Assembly: GCA_023484085.1 (NCBI GenBank)
Contig: JAMDAS010000017.1
Location: 1,430-65,429 of the forward strand
DNA: 64,000 nucleotides
Source of the DNA: Candidatus Omnitrophota bacterium
GTDB lineage: Bacteria; Ratteibacteria; UBA8468; B48-G9; DTJG01
Direction of reading: 5' to 3'
Every line of letters begins with the position of its first letter. Positions within the stretch are counted from its first letter, which is position 1. The notes under the pieces are model-generated. The model searched no databases, was not told the DNA's origin, and was given only the letters and a program-made list of their open reading frames with translations. Positions 31,808 to 39,580 of this stretch are shown one piece after another. The translations under genes were made by a program, and so were the position numbers.

Positions 31808-33097
31808 TTATTTTAGTTTTTTAAATATTTTATCTATGTGCCTTAAATACCATTGGACGTCAAAGGTTTTTTCTATTTCCTCTTCTGACAGGTATTTCCG
31901 GACATCATTATCCTCAAGAAGAAGTTTTTTAAAATCTTTTTCCCCATCATAACATTTAAGGGCATTCCTCTGGACAATAGAGTATGCATCCTTTCTTGGA
32001 AGCCCCTTGCGACATAATTCAAGAAGGACCTTTTGTGAAAAAACAAGACCTCTCGTAAGAAATATGTCAGCTTTCATCTTTTCCGGCTCTACGTTTAAAT
32101 TTTCAAAAATATTTACACTCAAGTCCAAAATATAATCCAAAAGTATCGTACTTTCAGGGAAAATTATTCTTTCAGCTGATGAATGACTTATATCTCTTTC
32201 ATGCCATAGAGCAACATTTTCAAGTGCCACACCTGTATTATTTTTTATAACCCTTGCAAGCCCGCAGATTTTTTCACACAGCACCGGATTTTTTTTGTGA
32301 GGCATTGCAGAAGAACCTTTCTGCCCCTCTTCAAAAGGCTCTGACGCCTCGGATAACTCTGTCTGTTGAAGGAGCCGTACCTGCAGAGCAAATTTCTCCA
32401 GGGAAGCAGCAATAATACCCAGTGTAGAGATAAAAAATGCATACCTGTCTCTTGATATTATCTGCGTGGAAAAATTCTCTGCCTTCAGATTGAACTTTTT
32501 ACATACGTAATCCTCTATTTCAGACTCAAGGTGTGCATAGGTTCCAACTGCTCCGGAAATTTTGCCAACCCTGACTTCCTCAATGGCATCTTCCATTCTT
32601 TTTACGTTTCTTTCCATCTCAAAATACCAGCCGGCAATCTTAAACCCGAAAGTCAAAGGCTCTGCATGGATGCCATGGGTCCTGCCTATCATGGGAATGT
32701 TTTTATATTCAATGGATTTTTTCTTCAGGACGTCTTTTAGTTTTTTCATATCAACAAGAAGAATCTTTCCCGCCTCCATAAGAATAACATCCAGGGCCGT
32801 ATCAAGAATATCTGAAGAAGTAACGCCATAATGCAGATAACTGCCTGCATCTCCAACCGTAGAGCCTATCTGCTCAATAAATGCTATAACGTCATGTTTT
32901 GTTTTTATTTCAATCTCTTCAATTCTTTTTACGTCAACGCACGCTTTTTCTTTAATGTCTTTTAATGCCTTATCAGGTATTACGCCGAGTTTATTCCATG
33001 CCTCGCATACTGCTATTTCTATTTCCAGGAATTTCCTGAATTTATTCTCATCTGACCAGACAGCCGCCATTTCCTTCCTTGTATATCTTGGTATCAT
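31808..33097 (-). CDS. purB: Adenylosuccinate lyase
   Basis: 429-aa fumarate-lyase family protein. MIPRYTRKEMAAVWSDENKF start typical of PurB; SSAMPHKKNP signature. Confidence 0.85.
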   Translation of the reverse strand: MIPRYTRKEMAAVWSDENKFRKFLEIEIAVCEAWNKLGVIPDKALKDIKEKACVDVKRIEEIEIKTKHDVIAFIEQIGSTVGDAGSYLHYGVTSSDILDTALDVILMEAGKILLVDMKKLKDVLKKKSIEYKNIPMIGRTHGIHAEPLTFGFKIAGWYFEMERNVKRMEDAIEEVRVGKISGAVGTYAHLESEIEDYVCKKFNLKAENFSTQIISRDRYAFFISTLGIIAASLEKFALQVRLLQQTELSEASEPFEEGQKGSSAMPHKKNPVLCEKICGLARVIKNNTGVALENVALWHERDISHSSAERIIFPESTILLDYILDLSVNIFENLNVEPEKMKADIFLTRGLVFSQKVLLELCRKGLPRKDAYSIVQRNALKCYDGEKDFKKLLLEDNDVRKYLSEEEIEKTFDVQWYLRHIDKIFKKLK

Positions 33098-33098
33098 A

Positions 33099-33338
33099 TC
33101 ATTTCCTTGTTATAGATTCTGCTGCTTCCAAACGTTCTGCCACCCAGATTTTAATGATAGATTGCCGTGGCACACCAAGCCGCATGGCTTCTTTATCCAG
33201 TAAGCGGACCATCCAATCAGGAAAATCTACGTTGACTCTTTTCTGCTCCTGCATTGGTCGTCTCGCTTTTGATATATCCAGGTATTTCTTAACGTTTTTC
33301 CCTTCATCAAAATACTTATCAAATACCTTTGCCTTCAT
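33099..33338 (-). CDS. brnA: BrnA antitoxin (ribbon-helix-helix)
   Basis: C-terminal VNVDFPDWMVRLLDKEAMRLGVPRQSIIKIWV motif. Overlaps brnT. Confidence 0.6.
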   Translation of the reverse strand: MKAKVFDKYFDEGKNVKKYLDISKARRPMQEQKRVNVDFPDWMVRLLDKEAMRLGVPRQSIIKIWVAERLEAAESITRK

Positions 33339-33588
33339 AAACCTCCACCTCCTCCTGCCGAGAACGGCGTACAGATATAATTCGTATTTTTTCACCGCGA
33401 TGCACAATAACTCCGGACCAGTGCCTATTGAGGATTTTACCAATTACCAGAAATCCTGGTTCATCACTTGTCCTTGCCGGAATCTCAATTAAATCAGGAT
33501 CTTCCCATAATGCCTGGGCTTCAGTAAAATCCATCCCATGTTTTCTTTTGTTTACTTCACTTTTACCGGGGTCGTATTCAAAATCCAT
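33319..33588 (-). CDS. brnT: BrnT toxin (ribonuclease toxin of BrnTA type II TA system)
   Basis: MDFEYDPGKSEVNKRKHGMDF...IRIISVRRSR pattern of BrnT. Confidence 0.65.
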   Translation of the reverse strand: MDFEYDPGKSEVNKRKHGMDFTEAQALWEDPDLIEIPARTSDEPGFLVIGKILNRHWSGVIVHRGEKIRIISVRRSRQEEVEVYEGKGI

Positions 33589-33723
33589 GGTATATAAATT
33601 ATACCTTAAAGATATATAATGTCAACCTTTCAGTAATAGATAAGTGAACTACCCCACCCTGTCAAACTGGGACTTCCCAGCAATTAGTTTAAAAATCTTT
33701 TTCTATTATGATAAAATACATAC

Positions 33724-34725
33724 ATGGGGAAAAATACAAAGGCAATAGGTCTTTTATCAGGAGGACTGGATTCCACTGTTGCACTTAAACTTATGCTTAT
33801 GCAGGATATAGACGTTCTTGCAGTAAAATTTTCTTCCATATTCTGCCTATGCGACAGAGAAAATGGCTGCGGAGCCGGTAGTGTCGTAAAAAATTTTGAC
33901 ATCCCGCTTAAACACGTTGCCAAAGGAAATGATTATCTTGAAGTCATAAAAAATCCTGAGTTCGGATATGGACAGGGATTAAATCCATGTATTGACTGCA
34001 GAATCTATATGTTTAAAAAAGCAAAAGAGCTTATGGACGAAGAACAGGCGGATTTCATTTTTACAGGCGAGGTTGTAAACCAGAGACCATTTTCCCAGAA
34101 AAAACACATAATGGACCTGATTGATAAAAAATCCGGACTGCAGGGAAAAATATTAAGGCCCCTGTCTGCAAAGCTCCTGCCACCAACAGAAGCAGAAAAA
34201 AACGGCATTGTTGACAGGGAAAAACTTCTTGACATAAAAGGAAGAAGAAGGAAGACGCAGTATGACTTTGTTGAAAACTTCAAGATAAAAGGATATGCAT
34301 GCCCATCAGGAGGATGTCTTCTTACGGATAAAATATTCAGTAAAAAGATGAAAGAGATGTTTAAAATAAATCCCGGATGTACTTTTTCTGACATCAATCT
34401 ATTAAAACATGGAAGAGTTTTCTGGCAGGACAGGAATTTAATCGTGGTGGGAAGAAATAAGGAAGAGAATGAAATTCTGAAAAAGCTCTGCAGGAAAAAC
34501 GACGTTTTTATTATTCTTCAAAATACCCCGTCTCCTGCAATACTTATAAGAGGTGAAAACATTGACAGGGAAATCATAGAGAAGGGTAAAAATCTCGTTT
34601 TAAAATATACAACCAAAAAAATAGATGGTCCGCCTGTTTTTACAATCTTATATACAGACACAGAGGCACAGATGAAAAACAATAACGTTATACCTGAAGA
34701 ATCTGGTGTGAATAGTCCAGGATAA
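33724..34725 (+). CDS. PP-loop ATP pyrophosphatase, ThiI-like domain protein (no THUMP domain)
   Basis: LLSGGLDSTVA PP-loop plus NPCIDCR Cys motif. 333 aa. Confidence 0.5.
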   Translation: MGKNTKAIGLLSGGLDSTVALKLMLMQDIDVLAVKFSSIFCLCDRENGCGAGSVVKNFDIPLKHVAKGNDYLEVIKNPEFGYGQGLNPCIDCRIYMFKKAKELMDEEQADFIFTGEVVNQRPFSQKKHIMDLIDKKSGLQGKILRPLSAKLLPPTEAEKNGIVDREKLLDIKGRRRKTQYDFVENFKIKGYACPSGGCLLTDKIFSKKMKEMFKINPGCTFSDINLLKHGRVFWQDRNLIVVGRNKEENEILKKLCRKNDVFIILQNTPSPAILIRGENIDREIIEKGKNLVLKYTTKKIDGPPVFTILYTDTEAQMKNNNVIPEESGVNSPG

Positions 34726-35752
34726 TATTTTTATACTCAGGCTTCATTTGTAAGCGGACCAAATCCTTTTCTGCATCTTTTACAAGGATGTTTATCTGTT
34801 CTTTGGCATATTCCAGTGCACCTGTATTTATAAGAATTTCACGCATTTTTAACAGGTCTTTATATAATACTATCCTTTTATTGAAAATATTTCTGATTGT
34901 TTTTTTCTGGGATAATGAGGCATTATTATATCCAAACCATATAAGTATTGTTTTCTTCTCTTCTTTTAAGTCTGTAAAAGAGGATTTTCCCGTCCCGCTT
35001 TCTTCGCCAAATATACCAAGAATATCATCTTTTATCTGAAAAGCCCTGCCAAGCAAAAGCCCGCAATTAAATAAAGCATCCACCTGCTTTTGATTTGCTC
35101 CGGCAAGAACAGCCCCGATAGATAATGGATAGGCAAAAGTATAATATGCAGTCTTCATGGTATATACCTGGTAAATATCCTGCAGGGTAATCTTATCAAC
35201 GGGTTTCAGTCCGTAAATCAATTCCAGGAATTCTCCCAACTCAGTCCAGACCGCACTTTCAATGAATTTTTTAAGAGCTCTTTCTTTATTTAATTTTTTC
35301 TCTTCTATTGATAAAAAAGAATCTATTGCCAATGCATATAAAATATCCCCTGCTATTATGGCAAGGTCCTCTCCATTAAATTTTTTGTTTTGCCTGTTTA
35401 CAAATGCAGACTCAAGAATCTTATGCATGGATGGTTTTCCTCTCCTGATAAAAGCCTTATCAATAATATCATCATGAACAAGAAGAAAATCATGAAGAAA
35501 TTCAAAAGAGACAGCGGTGGTATATAATCTTTTTTTAGCCTTTTCAGCAAAACCCAGGTATGAAATAATAAAAAGAACAGGCCTTAATCTTTTACCTTTT
35601 CTCAGTAAAAAATCTTCTATACTATCAAATAAAACAGGCTCTATTTTTTTCCCTGAAAACCTGCTCTTTATTGATTTAAGGAATTCAGCAAGCTCTTTTT
35701 CTATTTTATCCTGAATTGTTAAAAGAATCCCTGAAGAAGAAAAATGTTTCAT
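34688..35752 (-). CDS. Polyprenyl diphosphate synthase (trans-isoprenyl diphosphate synthase family)
   Basis: First Asp-rich motif LLVHDDIID and second IKDDILG. Confidence 0.75.
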   Translation of the reverse strand: MKHFSSSGILLTIQDKIEKELAEFLKSIKSRFSGKKIEPVLFDSIEDFLLRKGKRLRPVLFIISYLGFAEKAKKRLYTTAVSFEFLHDFLLVHDDIIDKAFIRRGKPSMHKILESAFVNRQNKKFNGEDLAIIAGDILYALAIDSFLSIEEKKLNKERALKKFIESAVWTELGEFLELIYGLKPVDKITLQDIYQVYTMKTAYYTFAYPLSIGAVLAGANQKQVDALFNCGLLLGRAFQIKDDILGIFGEESGTGKSSFTDLKEEKKTILIWFGYNNASLSQKKTIRNIFNKRIVLYKDLLKMREILINTGALEYAKEQINILVKDAEKDLVRLQMKPEYKNIILDYSHQILQV

Positions 35753-35793
35753 AATTTTTATATTTTAAACAAATTACATAAACCTGCAAAATT

Positions 35794-35839
35794 TTCTCAT
35801 TATTTACTGTTAAGTGTTTTTATGATTATAATATCTTAT
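35794..35839. repeat. 46-bp direct repeat copy 1 (contains TTACTG-17-TATAAT promoter-like sequence)
   Basis: Identical to 36682..36727. Confidence 0.85.
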
Positions 35840-35894
35840 CTGACAGGAATTTCAGACGACAGACTTACTTTCTTCTTGACTATATGTATCAAAT

Positions 35895-36296
35895 ATGATA
35901 CATTTTTATAGGATAAAAATGGCGATGTTAACTCATTATGAAAACTTTCTAATTTATACCGGGGAGTATTATTCCGTATATTTTCATGCGGAAAAAAAAG
36001 ATTGTTCCAGTGTATATGATTATTTTGAAAAATGCAACAAGATTATCCAGACTAATTTATTATTTCTTGTAAAAAGAATGGCTGATTTTGGCCGTATTTA
36101 TGATGAAACAAAATTTCGTTTGGAAGATAAACAAAATAAAATTTATTGTTTTAAGCCGAAAAACAAACGGTTTTTCTGTTTCTTTTTTGCGGGTAAAAAA
36201 ATAATAATCACTTCAGTCTATACTAAGAAAAAACAGAAATTGGATCAAGGTGAACTTAAAAAAGCGATTAAAATTAGAAAAGAATATTTTGCTTAA
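35895..36296 (+). CDS. Type II toxin, RelE/ParE superfamily (phage Gp49-like/HigB-like)
   Basis: Small basic ORF immediately upstream of, and overlapping, an XRE-HTH ORF. Gp49-like pattern. Confidence 0.5.
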   Translation: MIHFYRIKMAMLTHYENFLIYTGEYYSVYFHAEKKDCSSVYDYFEKCNKIIQTNLLFLVKRMADFGRIYDETKFRLEDKQNKIYCFKPKNKRFFCFFFAGKKIIITSVYTKKKQKLDQGELKKAIKIRKEYFA

Positions 36297-36312
36297 AAAC
36301 TGTGGGGGGAAA

Positions 36313-36582
36313 ATGAAAAAATCTATATTTGATAAAAAAATGGAAGATAAAAAATTCAGGGCCATTTATGAAGAAGTATCAGCAAAGATGAGCGTTGGAG
36401 AACAAATAGCTAAATATAGGTATGAAGCAAAAATCAGTCAGGCAGAATTGGCAGAAAAAGCCAAAACCAGCAGAACTGCCATAGCACGATATGAAAGAGG
36501 AAACTATGACAAATATAACATAACCACTCTAAAGAAGATTGCTCATGCTCTAAATAAAAACCTGACTATATCCATTACATAA
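36313..36582 (+). CDS. XRE-family HTH antitoxin
   Basis: HTH SQAELAEKAKTSRTAIARYERG. Start at the ATG after GGGGGG. Confidence 0.6.
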   Translation: MKKSIFDKKMEDKKFRAIYEEVSAKMSVGEQIAKYRYEAKISQAELAEKAKTSRTAIARYERGNYDKYNITTLKKIAHALNKNLTISIT

Positions 36583-36681
36583 AAAATCCCGTTGTGCCAT
36601 AATAAATCCACCCAAAACTAAGGTAATCTATTAGCGTTAAAAAGTAAATTTATATTTTCCTTCTCCTTGAGGGGAAAGGGC

Positions 36682-36727
36682 TTCTCATTATTTACTGTTA
36701 AGTGTTTTTATGATTATAATATCTTAT
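36682..36727. repeat. 46-bp direct repeat copy 2 (promoter-like, immediately upstream of hydrogenase maturation protease gene)
   Basis: Identical to 35794..35839. Confidence 0.85.
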
Positions 36728-36731
36728 ACAT

Positions 36732-37205
36732 ATGGAAACATGGACAAAAAAGCTGTCTAAAAAAATCATGGGATGGAAGAAAATATGCATTCTTGGCGTC
36801 GGCAGCATAGAAAAAGGTGATGATGGCATTGGGGTGTACTGTGCAGAAGAATTAAAAAAACGTATGAACATTCCCAGAATACTTGTTATTGATGCAGGTA
36901 ATGTTCCTGAAAGCTGGACAGGAAAAATCAGAGCTTTTTCACCTGACTGGACAATAATCATAGATGCCTGCAAGAAAGGAGAAAAACCAGGCTCTATATT
37001 TATCGTTGATAAAAATGCGATTTCCTATAGCGACGTTTCAAGCCATAGAATTCCTCTTTCAGTGGTAATGTCCTTTCTTGAACAAACAATAAAAACAAAG
37101 GTAATATTTATCGGGATTGAGCCTGAAAACATGGATGGAGAGAATCTATCGGAAAACATAAAACATTCAGGTGAAAAGATAGTAGAGTTCCTTAGCATTC
37201 TATGA
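36732..37205 (+). CDS. [NiFe] hydrogenase maturation endopeptidase (HycI/HybD/FrhD family)
   Basis: ILGVGSIEKGDDGIG motif typical of hydrogenase maturation proteases. Length 157 aa. Confidence 0.75.
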   Translation: METWTKKLSKKIMGWKKICILGVGSIEKGDDGIGVYCAEELKKRMNIPRILVIDAGNVPESWTGKIRAFSPDWTIIIDACKKGEKPGSIFIVDKNAISYSDVSSHRIPLSVVMSFLEQTIKTKVIFIGIEPENMDGENLSENIKHSGEKIVEFLSIL

Positions 37206-37261
37206 TAACAGGTTGTCTCTCATGATGTTTGCTGGACGAAATCCGAACTTTTCTCAAAGTA

Positions 37262-37806
37262 TCAGTCAGGTTTTCTCATTATAAACAAATACTTAAATCC
37301 TCTCAAATAAAAATTAAATTGCCTTGCTCGATTATGCCAAATTCCCGTGTTTGATGTTTGATTATGCCTTGTTAAACAAACAATATCAACAGGTACAAAA
37401 TATTTTTCCAATCTCTGCCACATTAAAAATCCTACCGCTGTGAATTTCTTTTTTATCCATTGGTCCGCAATAACCCAAGCCATTACTTTACCGGGCTTCA
37501 AAATTCTTGTAATTTCTGAAACAGTTTTTTCTAATTCATCATAAAATTTTGTTTTCTCACAAGAATGTTTCCATTTACAACCTGCAATCCTAATGCTCTA
37601 ACCTCGTCGGTGATAATATACTCAATCAATTTTTCAAGGTTTTTACCCTTGAAAGCACGCCAAGATTGTTCGTGGTCGTTTCCGCTAAAATCTTTTCTAT
37701 GCTGTTCTTTAGCTTCTTTCAAAACATTTGAAATATGACGATATGCTTGCATGCCATATTTTTTCTTTTTTGTTTCGTAAATTTTGATGAGATCGTCTAT
37801 GGTCAT
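37262..37806 (-). pseudogene. Frameshifted ORF pair downstream of the methyltransferase; possible restriction endonuclease remnant
   Basis: Two adjacent ORFs (91 aa and 79 aa) in different frames, 30 nt apart. Context only; no motif recognised. Confidence 0.25.
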
Positions 37807-37810
37807 AGTT

Positions 37811-39213
37811 TTATTTTTCCATTATTAATATATATTCTGTTGGATAAACAAAAATTTTATTTTTATCGCTTATCCCGGCAAACTTTCCGGTTTTTTCATC
37901 TCTGACAGACGGCAAATTTTTTGAGGGTATTTCTCTTTTAATAACATTCACAATTTTCAACCCTAAATTTTGTAATTGTTCTGCAAAAACTTCGGCATTT
38001 AATACCTCAACACCCTTTAAGCTGGTATTACCGATAACAATACAAGTTTTTCCACCCTTTTTTAGCATTCTCTTTTCATTTCAACAAAAACTTGGTTCAT
38101 TTCGCTGAAATAGGTTGATACTTCTTCGGCGGTTTTTTTATCTTTTTTCAGCAATTCATTTCTTATTTTTTCTGCAATCTCACTATTCAAAACTAAATCT
38201 TTTTTGCTGTAATAGGAAGTGCCAATAAATCTTTTACGAAAATAGCTTAAGTCTTTTGTGTATTCTAACCACAAAGCAGTCAGCTGGTGTAAATCAGTAT
38301 ATTCGTAAGATGTAACATAAGGTGGTGAAGTAACAATCAGACTAACAGAATTATCTTTAACGGGAATTGTTCGTGCATCTGTGCAATAAACTTGACTGGG
38401 TATTCCTATATGATTTTTTTCTTTTAATAATTTGTAAAATTGAGTATTTCCTCTAATCATCATTTTTATCTGTTTGTAAAAAGTCAGTATTGTATCAGAA
38501 AGTTTTTTATTTAGGTCCCTTGTTGGTTTATTGCTTTTCTGCAATCAAATAGAATAATTTTTCAATATATTAGAAAATCCGCAATAGAAAAAATCTCTAA
38601 TATCCTGATCTTTCAGTTTTGAAATTTCATTAAAGATAAAAGCAAGTTTTTTTTTCTCCTCAAGCTTAAACCAATAATCAATTCTTTCATGTTCGGAGAC
38701 TTTTACTTTTGTATCTTTGTTGTATGTGTTTAATTTTGCTTTCAGGGCAATAAATGACTTTTCTATTTTTTGAGGGTTAATCGGGGTGATTTTTGCTTTT
38801 GTGATTAAAACAGCTACCGGGTTTATATCAACTCCGACTGAAGGCCGTCCCATAACCTTTGATTCAACAAGCGTTGTTCCGCAACCGCCAAAAGGGTCAA
38901 CAATTAAATCCCCTTTCTTTGTGTATTTTTCAGCCAAACGAGAAACTATTTGAGGGATAAATTTTGCAGGATAGCGGTGATATCCATGAGTAATATAAGC
39001 TGTGTCTTTTCTGGTTTTGTCAGAAAAAGACCACGAATAGTCAATTTTTGTTTTTGAAAACAGTGTTGTTACTTGGCTCATATTATTTTGCCCTGCCAAT
39101 TTTATTAAACCATATCTTTTATTCATGTCAATAGCAATTTTTACTTGCTCTCTCACTGCAAAAAACATGAGGAAAGTTTCTTTTTCCATACTTTTATCAA
39201 GGTTGCCTCTCAT
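37811..39213 (-). pseudogene. N4/N6 DNA methyltransferase disrupted by an in-frame TGA and a frameshift
   Basis: Motif I IVDPFGGCGTT in the 222-aa piece and motif IV TSPPY in the 160-aa piece. The pieces are in the same frame separated only by TGA at 38545-38547. The third piece (85 aa) is in another frame. Confidence 0.6.
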
Positions 39214-39235
39214 GGAGCAGACCGGAGTTGAACCA
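39171..39235 (-). repeat. Direct repeat of the 3' 22 nt of tRNA-Ala plus ~37 nt of its downstream flank (att-site-like remnant)
   Basis: ...tttttccatac(c)tttatcaaggttgcctctca(a)tggagcagaccggagttgaacc is present at 39171-39235 and 39310-39375. The first copy lacks the 5' two-thirds of the tRNA. Confidence 0.7.
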
Positions 39236-39353
39236 CCAACCGTCGCATTCGCTTCGCTACGCTCCTTAAGGGGGAACAGGTTCCCCCTTAATCTTCCCCC
39301 TACTACATGGAAAAAGCCTCTTTTTCCATACCTTTATCAAGGTTGCCTCTCAA

Positions 39354-39425
39354 TGGAGCAGACCGGAGTTGAACCGGCAACCTTCCGCATGCGAAGCGGA
39401 CGCTCTCCCATTGAGCCACTGCCCC
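39354..39425 (-). tRNA. tRNA-Ala (anticodon CGC)
   Basis: Hand fold. Acceptor GGGGCAG/CTGCTCC with the G3:U70 Ala identity pair. Anticodon loop TTCGCAT. T-arm GCCGG-TTCAACT-CCGGT. Confidence 0.85.
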
Positions 39426-39580
39426 ATCATCCGTTCCTAGTTTATCATTTTTCAATCAATCCATAAAATTTAGCTAACCTCGCCGGGAAGTCCCCTTCCG
39501 TAAGGTGGGAATGAAAGACGAATACTTGATTTTATTTTCAGTTATGAAATAATATCTTAGAAATTCAAAATACAAAAAAA

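Noticed and set aside
38545-38547. In-frame TGA in the methyltransferase as evidence for an alternative genetic code (TGA as sense)
   Set aside because: TGA terminates clearly conserved genes elsewhere in the window (for example rpmH at 21951-21953, whose product ends at the canonical ...KRLTV). Standard code 11 applies, so the methylase TGA is a nonsense mutation or, at most, a local recoding event.
39213-39300. Possibility that the partial tRNA-Ala copy is a second functional tRNA gene
   Set aside because: Only ~53 nt from the 3' end can be aligned to a tRNA. There is no D-arm or anticodon arm, and the T-stem has mismatches (GGTGG vs CCGGT). The 5' part is replaced by an unrelated GGGGGAAC/GTTCCCCC hairpin. 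It is better explained as an att-like remnant.
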